58,802 bases of DNA from Candidatus Campbellbacteria bacterium. Its GTDB lineage: Bacteria > Patescibacteriota > Minisyncoccia > Phycocordibacterales > EsbW-18. The notes below the pieces were generated by a model that saw only the letters and a program-made list of their open reading frames with translations, was not told where the DNA came from and did not search any database. The position numbers were made by a program, and so were the translations under genes. The DNA lies in NCBI GenBank assembly GCA_045863475.1, contig BTUR01000005.1:1-58802 (forward strand). The letters are read 5' to 3'. Shown here in pieces: positions 1-8,617 of this stretch; the first letter of the stretch is position 1, and every line of letters begins with the position of its first letter.

Positions 1-1277
<1,277 letters not shown>

Positions 1278-1319
1278 GGGAATCTGAAAATCGTCACACA
1301 CCTGATTTCTTTATTGCCT

Positions 1320-1366
1320 GTCCCGTTAGAAGTAGGACGCGTGCGTCCGCACCTCTCTAATGGGAC
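1320..1366. repeat. CCCGTTAGA...TCTAAYGGG inverted-repeat element, copy 1
   Basis: Arms GTCCCGTTAGA / TCTAATGGGAC; the same arms recur at 34779-34881. Confidence 0.6.
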
Positions 1367-1396
1367 GCATGAATACTAAAGAGTGAAAAATTTCAC

Positions 1397-1499
1397 GGGG
1401 CCGGGTCTCTCCCCGAAAGGAGAGGGGCACGATGATGCGTGTGCGGCAAGCCGCGCCTCTAGGACGGGTCAAGGGTTCCAAACCCTCCCGGTCCCACCA
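1397..1499 (+). ncRNA. Aberrant tRNA-like element ending in ACCA
   Basis: GGGGCCGGG/CCCGGTCCC acceptor-like stem plus ACCA, and a T-arm-like AGGG-TTCCAAA-CCCT. There is no canonical D arm or anticodon arm. Confidence 0.6.
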
Positions 1500-1509
1500 T
1501 GTAATTCAC

Positions 1510-1658
1510 GGGCCTGTAGCTCAGAGAAGATTGTCCTAATTCGGTTGGTACCGTGGCCTTAAAGTGAGGCCAGGGGTTCGACGCCCCTTCGGACGATCGA
1601 GTAAAGAGCGCCCGGGTTACAACCGGGAGGTCGTGGTTAAAGCCCACCAGGCCCACCA
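1510..1658 (+). tRNA. tRNA-Val(TAC)-like gene with an ~70-nt cloverleaf-like insertion in the D-loop; function uncertain
   Basis: GGGCCTG/CAGGCCC+ACCA acceptor, TAGCTCAG...AGAGC D-stem, anticodon arm CCCGG-GTTACAA-CCGGG, and a deviant T-arm GTGG-TTAAAGC-CCAC. Confidence 0.65.
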
Positions 1659-1688
1659 AACCAAACGATTTCACAACAGTTCTTTCCT

Positions 1689-1714
1689 GCGGATGACGAA
1701 AGGCATCCGCACCA
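1689..1714 (+). ncRNA. tRNA acceptor microhelix (Leu-like stem) ending in ACCA
   Basis: GCGGATG-ACGAAAGG-CATCCGC-ACCA: a perfect 7-bp stem, a discriminator base and CCA. Confidence 0.5.
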
Positions 1715-1744
1715 CTCTTTAGTATTTATGTATGCAGTTGAACG

Positions 1745-2179
1745 TCGAATGCTGTGTTCTGGTTGGTCGAAGGGGTATTCACGAATATTTTTCTGCTGAA
1801 AAATTTCGCGAACCCGCCTCGGCCCGTCGGCCTGCGGCCTTACGAAGCTTTGCTTCTCACCCGTTCCATTCCGAGACAGGAAGCCTGTCCCGCAGTGAAA
1901 TTTGAAAACTAAATAGAAGAGATGAGCATTTTGTTCTGGTGGCTTAACGATGGGGTTACACCCGTTCTCATTCCGAACACGGAAGTTAAGACCATTAGTG
2001 CCGATGGTAGTCCGAAAGGGCGAGAGTAGGTAGCCGCCAGAACAAAGTACTCATCCATATCAAATTTCCACCGCGGGATTAAGACCGCGAGTAGCCTAGG
2101 TAGTTCTGCCCGAGCGAGAGTAGGGCACGTCCAGCACTTAGATTAAGTGCTGGATAAACCGCCAGAACAAAGCATTCGA
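1745..2179 (+). ncRNA. Outer, insertion-interrupted 5S rRNA-like RNA enclosing the intact 5S gene
   Basis: Colinear 5S segments GTTCTGGTTGG..GGGGT / CACCCGTTCCATTCCGAGACAGGAAG / TTAAGACC..GGTAGT..GCGAGAGTAGG / CCGCCAGAACAAAG. The two ends are complementary. Confidence 0.7.
1933..2043 (+). rRNA. rrf: 5S rRNA (intact, inner copy)
   Basis: CACCCGTTCTCATTCCGAACACGGAAGTTAAG, GCCGATGGTAGT and GAGAGTAGG motifs; terminal helix GTTCTGGTGG/CCGCCAGAAC. Confidence 0.95.
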
Positions 2180-2183
2180 ACAT

Positions 2184-2210
2184 AAAAAACAGCCCGATGG
2201 GCTGTTTTTT
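2184..2210 (+). terminator. Intrinsic terminator of the rRNA operon
   Basis: AAAAAACAGCCC-GAT-GGGCTGTTTTTT. Confidence 0.85.
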
Positions 2211-2241
2211 AATTCACGAAACCTTGGTATCCTTTGCATAT

Positions 2242-3003
2242 ATGACATGGGCATCACGCAGACAGGGCTTGTATCTCCTTGGGACGATTGTCGTCCTCGG
2301 CCTTCTGTTTGGGGTGCCGCTGTATTTTTATCTCTACGACGAGCCAACGTGTCGAGACGGCATACAAAACGGTTTGGAAGAAGGTGTGGACTGCGGCGGC
2401 GGGTGTGAAAAAGTATGTGCGTTCCAGGCCATTGAGCCTATCGTGCACTGGAAGCAAGAATTTGAAGTCGCTCCCGGTGTGTACACCGTTGTTGCGCTTG
2501 TTGAAAACGCAAACGATTCCTATGAATCCGTTGCGGTTCCGTACGTGTTCCGTCTCTATGACTCTAAAAACGTTTTCATCGCGGAGCGGAAAGGGCAGGT
2601 GTATCTTTCGCCGCACATGGTGATTCCGGTATTTGAGACCGGTATTCACACGGGAGAGCGCGTGCCGACTCGCGTGGAATTTTTGTTTGAGAAAGAAATT
2701 GTCTGGACGAACTCGGCGTTTTCTCTACCGGATGTCGATGTCATTTCCCGGAGGTTTGAAAACGAGGATGCGGCACCGCGATTACTTGTGACGCTGCGAA
2801 ACAACACGCTCTACACATTTTCGCGCATTCCCGTTGTTGTTGTGCTGTACGATGCTTCCGACAACGCATTGCACGCCTCACGCACTGTCATCCCCAGTTT
2901 GCCCGCAACCTCGGATAAAGAAATTGTGTTTACGTGGCCGCAGCCATTTGGGGCACCGGTGGCACGTGTTGACGTGGTGCAGTTGTATCCGTTTTCCCAA
3001 TAA
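2242..3003 (+). CDS. Membrane-anchored exported protein with a Cys-rich CxDGIQNGxExGVDCGGGC motif and FxLYD-like Ig domains
   Basis: N-terminal TM helix, the Cys motif and FRLYD/VLYD repeats. Start moved to ATG 2242 because the upstream part overlaps the terminator. Confidence 0.75.
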   Translation: MTWASRRQGLYLLGTIVVLGLLFGVPLYFYLYDEPTCRDGIQNGLEEGVDCGGGCEKVCAFQAIEPIVHWKQEFEVAPGVYTVVALVENANDSYESVAVPYVFRLYDSKNVFIAERKGQVYLSPHMVIPVFETGIHTGERVPTRVEFLFEKEIVWTNSAFSLPDVDVISRRFENEDAAPRLLVTLRNNTLYTFSRIPVVVVLYDASDNALHASRTVIPSLPATSDKEIVFTWPQPFGAPVARVDVVQLYPFSQ

Positions 3004-3009
3004 CGCTCT

Positions 3010-4113
3010 ATGCCTTTTCTCGCGCTGCGCTCCATTGACTGGGTGTTGCTCATCAGCGCACTCGCACTCTCGGGTGCCGGGTTGGTGACGATGAACTCGT
3101 TCATTGAACCAAATATCTTTTTTGAACAGCAAATCGTCTGGCTGCTCCTGTCGCTCGCTGTTTTCTTCGCCGCGTCGCTTGTTGACTGGCGGTTTTTGCG
3201 CAATACATGGGTCGTCGTGTCATTGCTTCTTATCTCCGTTCTCTCGCTCGTGCTCCTCTTTCTGTTCGGAACCGTGACGCTTGGTGCTGTTTCGCGCTTT
3301 GACCTGGGACTGTTCTTCATTCAACCGTCTGACCCGGCAAAACTCGTACTCATTATTATTCTCGCAAAATATTTCTCGCGTCGGCACGTTGAAATTGCGC
3401 ACGTGCGCCACATTCTCGTCTCCGGATTGTACGCGTTTTTGTTTTTTGTGCTGTTGTTCGTTCAGCCGGACTTCGGTGGCGCCATCGTGGTGTTCTTTTT
3501 GTGGCTTGGCATGGTGCTCGTCTCGGGCATCTCAAAAAAGCACCTCGCACTCGTGTTTGTTGTGGGTGCACTCGCGTTCGGGACACTGTGGGGTTTCGTG
3601 TTCCAGGATTACCAAAAAGACCGCATTCGCACCTTCCTCAACCCGCTTACCGACATTCAGGGGGCTGGCTACAACGCGTACCAATCCACCATCACCGTCG
3701 GCTCGGGGCAGCTGTTGGGTAAGGGAATAGGTTTCGGCACGCAATCACGCCTTCAGTTTTTGCCGGAATATGAAACAGACTTTATTTTCGGTGCATTTGC
3801 GGAGGAATGGGGGTTCATCGGGGTCCTCTTCTTACTTCTGTGTTTTGCCGTCGTCGTAGGACGTATTATGCACGGCGCTTTTTTGGGCGCGACGAATTTT
3901 GAAACACTGTTTGCGGTTGGCGTCGCGCTTTCAATTGTGGCACCTGCGGCAATCCACATCGGTATGAACATAGGTCTGCTTCCCGTAACCGGAACGGTGC
4001 TCCCGTTTGTTTCATACGGCGGTAGTCACCTAGTCGTTGAGTTTCTTTCTCTGGGCATGCTTGCCGGTATGCGCCGCTATCGCCGCGACGTCCACCGCGA
4101 ACTTGTTAGTTAG
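3010..4113 (+). CDS. rodA: SEDS peptidoglycan glycosyltransferase RodA/FtsW
   Basis: IQPSD.AK, QPDFG, GSGQLLGKG, LPEYETDFIF..FAEEWG and LPFVSYGGS motifs. Confidence 0.93.
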   Translation: MPFLALRSIDWVLLISALALSGAGLVTMNSFIEPNIFFEQQIVWLLLSLAVFFAASLVDWRFLRNTWVVVSLLLISVLSLVLLFLFGTVTLGAVSRFDLGLFFIQPSDPAKLVLIIILAKYFSRRHVEIAHVRHILVSGLYAFLFFVLLFVQPDFGGAIVVFFLWLGMVLVSGISKKHLALVFVVGALAFGTLWGFVFQDYQKDRIRTFLNPLTDIQGAGYNAYQSTITVGSGQLLGKGIGFGTQSRLQFLPEYETDFIFGAFAEEWGFIGVLFLLLCFAVVVGRIMHGAFLGATNFETLFAVGVALSIVAPAAIHIGMNIGLLPVTGTVLPFVSYGGSHLVVEFLSLGMLAGMRRYRRDVHRELVS

Positions 4114-4207
4114 GGAACAGGGAACGGACGACGGGGAACAGAAAAAATTAAAACAACGCGCCGTGTGGCGCGTTGTCCCGTTCCCTAGTAACTGTTCCCG
4201 ATTCCCT
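4112..4207. repeat. GGGAACA-heptamer inverted-repeat element, copy 1
   Basis: TAGGGAACAGGGAACGG ... TCCCGTTCCCTAGTAACTGTTCCCGATTCCCT; near-identical arms at 39597-39717. Confidence 0.7.
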
Positions 4208-4211
4208 TGAC

Positions 4212-4757
4212 TCACTGTTCGTACTTCCCAACCACAAACTCAAATCCGCCAACATTCGGATCACCAAAATCAAAACCGGAGCATGACCAACCGGGGGAGA
4301 GCTGGTGCCGACCGTTGCTCACTTCCATGTCTACGACGCCGAGCACATAGTATCCGCCGCGGTTTGCGGGGCATCCGAATGCTCCTGCTGGGAATTTGTA
4401 GTACCGAAGGTTTGCTTGATCAGCGAGCGGGTCAAAGACGTGGCCCTGCATGTTTTTGCTTGCAACGAGTTCGGTAAGGAAATCACCGTCTTCTGGGGTA
4501 TCCCAATTGCCCACGGGAGCATCGTGCGCTTGGTAGAGACTCTGATTGTCGCTGTCAGGATATGAAGAATTTGTCGTGAAGTAGAGTTCCAGCCCCGTCT
4601 GCAATTCACGGATGGATGCGATGCGCTTGCTGTCGCGCGCGTTTTTGCGCGCGCTGTTGGTAGCTGAGAGGATGACGCTTGCGAGCAACGAGATAATGGA
4701 AACCGACACAAGAATCTCGATGAGCGTGAAACCGCGGCTGTGTCGTGTGAGGCGCAT
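4212..4757 (-). CDS. Type IV pilin / GspG-like prepilin
   Basis: RG|FTLIEILVSVSIISLL class III signal and ARD.KR...I..LQ..LELY motif. Start could be 4781. Confidence 0.88.
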   Translation of the reverse strand: MRLTRHSRGFTLIEILVSVSIISLLASVILSATNSARKNARDSKRIASIRELQTGLELYFTTNSSYPDSDNQSLYQAHDAPVGNWDTPEDGDFLTELVASKNMQGHVFDPLADQANLRYYKFPAGAFGCPANRGGYYVLGVVDMEVSNGRHQLSPGWSCSGFDFGDPNVGGFEFVVGKYEQ

Positions 4758-4761
4758 AGGT

Positions 4762-5010
4762 TTATGATTGTTGATTTTCAAATCCGGGAGGAATGACCCG
4801 TTGCGTGTTAAGTGGCGGTTCGTTCACCGTCCTGAGAAACAAAAACAGTGCGGCTGAGAAACAGATGAGCCCTGTCGCCAAGAGTATGACGCGCGCACTT
4901 GCCACTGACTTCGCAATGCCGCTGCGTACCAAAAGCATAACGAGGAATCCGTCGGACTTTCTCGCAGAAATAGGGCTTAGTTGCGGCTCATCGAATACGA
5001 CGTCAACCAT
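4762..5010 (-). CDS. Small membrane protein
   Basis: Hydrophobic helix; a -10-like TACCAT lies 7 nt before the ATG. Confidence 0.55.
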   Translation of the reverse strand: MVDVVFDEPQLSPISARKSDGFLVMLLVRSGIAKSVASARVILLATGLICFSAALFLFLRTVNEPPLNTQRVIPPGFENQQS

Positions 5011-5263
5011 GTGGATAATGGTATAGGGTAACAAGACTCTTGTCGACGGTGTTTTGTGGACTAGGAATCCGCACAGGTCTGTTTTTTGGTCGACTAACGG
5101 GCAATCTCACCTCCGGTTTTCGCAAACCATTTTTGTCGAGTGCGGAAGTGTTTTAAATATCCGGAGCCGCATATCGGCTTAACAGGGCTGTTTTTTGGAT
5201 ATCAGGCCCGTTTGATTGAAGTTGTGTGTTCGTGCTTTTCACCGATTGCCGTACTATACACAC

Positions 5264-6076
5264 ATGCTTATCGACGGCAGACACATAGGAGCGGACGTAC
5301 GGAACAAAGTTGCAACGGCGTTTGCGCATTCAAAGAAGAATTTGACGCTCGGTGTCCTCTCAATCGGCGGGGACGCGGTGACGGAGCAGTTTATACGTAT
5401 CAAGAAAAAAGCGGCTGATGCCATTGGTATTCCGGTCATTGACGTCGCACTTCCTGAAGAAGTGAGTACGGATGATGTTCTCCGCGCTCTCACGGATCTC
5501 ATCGCGCGGACAAACGCCGTCGTCGTACAGCTTCCACTGCCGGCGCACGTCGACCGTGCACGGATATTTTCTGCACTCCCTGCATCGCATGATGTTGATT
5601 GTCTGGGGGATGAGGCGCGTGCGTCATTTGAAAACGGCGGGCCGCTGCTGCCTCCGGTGGTGGCCGCATGTAAAGAGATTCTTGAGCGCTACAGCGTTGC
5701 GGTTGCAGGAAAAAGCGTCGTTGTTGTGGGCCGCGGAGTGCTTGTTGGTGCGCCTGCGGCGAAATGGTTTTCACGGCAAGGTGCCGCGGTGAACGTGCTT
5801 GATGAAAATGACAGTATCGCTGTGTACACGCAAAGTGCGGATATCATTGTGCTCGGTGCGGGACATCCCGGGCTCTTGAAACCGGACATGATACAAAAAG
5901 GAGTCGTGGTGCTTGATGCGGGAACATCCGAGAGTGGTGGGAGGGTTATTGGCGATGCCGACCCTGCATGTGCTGAGAAAGCATTGCTGCTGACACCTGT
6001 TCCGGGTGGTGTGGGCCCTGTGGCGGTCGCAAAAATATTTGAGAACCTGCTTATCTGCAATAGTATTCCGTTCTAA
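5264..6076 (+). CDS. folD: Methylene-THF dehydrogenase/cyclohydrolase
   Basis: MLIDG, VQLPLP, VVGRG.LVG.P and TPVPGGVGPV motifs. Confidence 0.93.
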   Translation: MLIDGRHIGADVRNKVATAFAHSKKNLTLGVLSIGGDAVTEQFIRIKKKAADAIGIPVIDVALPEEVSTDDVLRALTDLIARTNAVVVQLPLPAHVDRARIFSALPASHDVDCLGDEARASFENGGPLLPPVVAACKEILERYSVAVAGKSVVVVGRGVLVGAPAAKWFSRQGAAVNVLDENDSIAVYTQSADIIVLGAGHPGLLKPDMIQKGVVVLDAGTSESGGRVIGDADPACAEKALLLTPVPGGVGPVAVAKIFENLLICNSIPF

Positions 6077-7194
6077 TCGGTTTTTTCGTACACATGCTGT
6101 GTCTCGGTAAACATTTTTTCTTGCGAGAACCGCTCATGGACGGTTTTTTGGAGTGCCGCCCCGAATGTCCGGCGTCGATTTTCGTCATCTAACAAAAGTG
6201 AGAGGGCGCCAGCTATTTCAGAAGGTTTTTCCGGCTGTACAAGAATACCGGAGTGCATACTTTCGATAATTTCAGGAACGCCGCCGACGGCAGATGCTAC
6301 AACGGGAAGTCCCGCACGACCAGCTTCTAAGATGACGTACCCAAGGGCCTCGGAAAGCGAAGGAAGCACGAAACAGTCAAAAGCTCGTATGTGCGTTTCG
6401 GCATCATGCATGTGCCCTTGGAGAAATACATGGTTTTGAAGCCCTAAACGGCGGATGCTTTCTTCAAGCGATTGCCGCATTTCGCCCTCACCCCAAACCA
6501 CGTACGAGATATCCGCACGATTCAACTCTTTTATTGCTTCGATGGCATACGAAATACCTTTAATCGGGTGGAGTTCGGCTATGGTGCCGATGACAAACGG
6601 TGCGCGCGCTTTCTCCGGAAGTTTGGTGCGCGCCTCTTCTCGTGACGAAAGCTCCTTCTCTCCAATGCCGAGTCTGATGAGGCGCAGGTTGCTTCCGACA
6701 AAAGGAAGTCGCGTTGCTTGTTTCCGCACGGATTCAGAAACGGCGATTGTCTCGTGACACAGCACCAGTGTTATGAAATACACCACGCTGACGAGCAGTT
6801 TGCTGAAAGTGCTGCGGTCTTCGTTCCATGCCCATCCGTGCGCGGTGAAGAGTACGCGCGGTACGCGCAACAGTCTTCCGGCGAGTGCGCCGAGTGCGCC
6901 GATTTTCGAGCTGTTGAGATGCAGTACGTCGGGATGCTCTCGTCTGATGATGTCCAACAAATCGAAGAAGGTGCGGATATCTTTGAGTATGTGCACGTCA
7001 CGTTCCAATTCGGGGAGGGGAATAACACGGATTGATGCCGACGAGAGACGCTCCCGGAGTGTTCCTTCTCCGCCGCATGCGACTGCCACATCGTGTTTTT
7101 GTGCGAAATGTACTGCAAGATCATGCACATACCGTTGCGCACCGCCCCAGTTTGATTTCGTGATGACGTAGAGGATTTTTTTACGTGTGTTCAT
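6073..7194 (-). CDS. GT4 family glycosyltransferase
   Basis: GGAQR, TAHG and FVLPSLSEALGYVILEA (EX7E) motifs. Confidence 0.92.
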   Translation of the reverse strand: MNTRKKILYVITKSNWGGAQRYVHDLAVHFAQKHDVAVACGGEGTLRERLSSASIRVIPLPELERDVHILKDIRTFFDLLDIIRREHPDVLHLNSSKIGALGALAGRLLRVPRVLFTAHGWAWNEDRSTFSKLLVSVVYFITLVLCHETIAVSESVRKQATRLPFVGSNLRLIRLGIGEKELSSREEARTKLPEKARAPFVIGTIAELHPIKGISYAIEAIKELNRADISYVVWGEGEMRQSLEESIRRLGLQNHVFLQGHMHDAETHIRAFDCFVLPSLSEALGYVILEAGRAGLPVVASAVGGVPEIIESMHSGILVQPEKPSEIAGALSLLLDDENRRRTFGAALQKTVHERFSQEKMFTETQHVYEKTD

Positions 7195-7269
7195 CGCGGT
7201 TACTATGACGCTTTTTCCACTGCTTCACAAGCCGATGTCGCTGAGGTACGCTACGTGGTGCATATGCAT

Positions 7270-8613
7270 ATGGGCAAGATCGTCAACAGGTGGGAACCCC
7301 TGGTGCTATTCCTCGGGGACGTCCTTTTTCTCTATTTTTCGCTATGGCTGACGCTCGCACTGCGCTGGTTTGAGTTTCCGACGGGTAATTTGTTTGAGAA
7401 CCACATTCAGCCGTTTACCATTATTTTTGCACTTTGGATCATCGCTTTTTTTATCGCGGGACTCTATGACAAGCACACGACATTCCTGAAAAAGCAGATA
7501 CCGACGATTATCTTCAACGCCCAGCTCATCAACTCAGGGCTCGCCATCCTCTTCTTCTACCTCATTCCGTACTTCGGCATCACACCGAAAACGACACTGT
7601 TTATTTTCCTTGTCGTGTCATTCGTCTGCATCGTGTTGTGGCGGCGGTACAGTCTCATGCTCTTTGATGCACCCGATCGGCAGTCGGCACTGCTTATCGG
7701 CTCCGGGCCGGAGATGGATCAACTCAAGCGCGAAGTGAACGCCAATTCGCGTTACGGCATTTACTTCGTATCGTCGCTTGATCTCTCGGACGTTTCTAAT
7801 ACTGATTTTCAAAAAGAGATTGTCGAGCGCGTATACGCGGACCGGATAACGACTATTGTTGTGGATACGAAGCACGACAATGTTGAGCAGATTCTTCCGA
7901 AGCTCTACAACCTCATCTTCTCTGATGTACGATTTGTTGATATGCACCGGGTGTACGAAGACATTTTCGACCGGGTTCCGCTGTCCCTGGTGCAGTACAG
8001 CTGGTTTTTGGAGAATATTTCGACGTACCCGAAATACGTGTACAGCATGTTCAAGCGTCTCATGGATATTTGTATCTCCATCCCGCTTTCACTCGTGTCA
8101 GCTGTACTCTTTCCGTTCGTGTATCTTGCAATACGGTTTGATGACGGCGGACCGACGTTCATCATCCAGGAGCGCGTCGGCAAGGACAATAAGCTCATTA
8201 AGATTCCGAAATTCCGCACGATGCATACGAGCGATCGCGGTGTGTGGGTGAAAGAGAATGACGACCGCATCACGCGCGTCGGCAAGGTGCTCCGCAAGAC
8301 GCGTATCGACGAGCTGCCGCAACTGCTCTCGGTTATCAAAGGCGATTTGTCGCTTGTGGGGCCGCGTCCGGACATTTACGATCTCGGCATGAAATTGTCC
8401 AAAGAAATTCCGTACTACACGGTGCGCAACATCATCAAGCCGGGTCTTTCGGGTTGGGCGCAGATAAAGCAAAAATTGCCGCCGCAGTCTTTGGAGGAAA
8501 CGAAGATACGGCTTGCGTACGATTTTTACTACATTAAGAACCGCTCGTTCTTCCTTGATTTGAAGATCGCGCTTAAGACGGTGGCAACACTGCTGTCACG
8601 GGCCGGGCGATAA
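7270..8613 (+). CDS. Polyprenyl-phosphate glycosylphosphotransferase (WbaP/WcaJ-like sugar transferase)
   Basis: Four N-terminal TMs; KRLMD, KFRTM, RITRVG.VLRKTRIDELPQ, LVGPRP and KPGLSGWAQ motifs. Confidence 0.92.
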   Translation: MGKIVNRWEPLVLFLGDVLFLYFSLWLTLALRWFEFPTGNLFENHIQPFTIIFALWIIAFFIAGLYDKHTTFLKKQIPTIIFNAQLINSGLAILFFYLIPYFGITPKTTLFIFLVVSFVCIVLWRRYSLMLFDAPDRQSALLIGSGPEMDQLKREVNANSRYGIYFVSSLDLSDVSNTDFQKEIVERVYADRITTIVVDTKHDNVEQILPKLYNLIFSDVRFVDMHRVYEDIFDRVPLSLVQYSWFLENISTYPKYVYSMFKRLMDICISIPLSLVSAVLFPFVYLAIRFDDGGPTFIIQERVGKDNKLIKIPKFRTMHTSDRGVWVKENDDRITRVGKVLRKTRIDELPQLLSVIKGDLSLVGPRPDIYDLGMKLSKEIPYYTVRNIIKPGLSGWAQIKQKLPPQSLEETKIRLAYDFYYIKNRSFFLDLKIALKTVATLLSRAGR

Positions 8614-8617
8614 CGTT

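Noticed and set aside
1397-1499. tmRNA or tRNA-Sec assignment
   Set aside because: The G.U pair is at 4:69 rather than 3:70, there is no tag reading frame, and no UCA anticodon arm.
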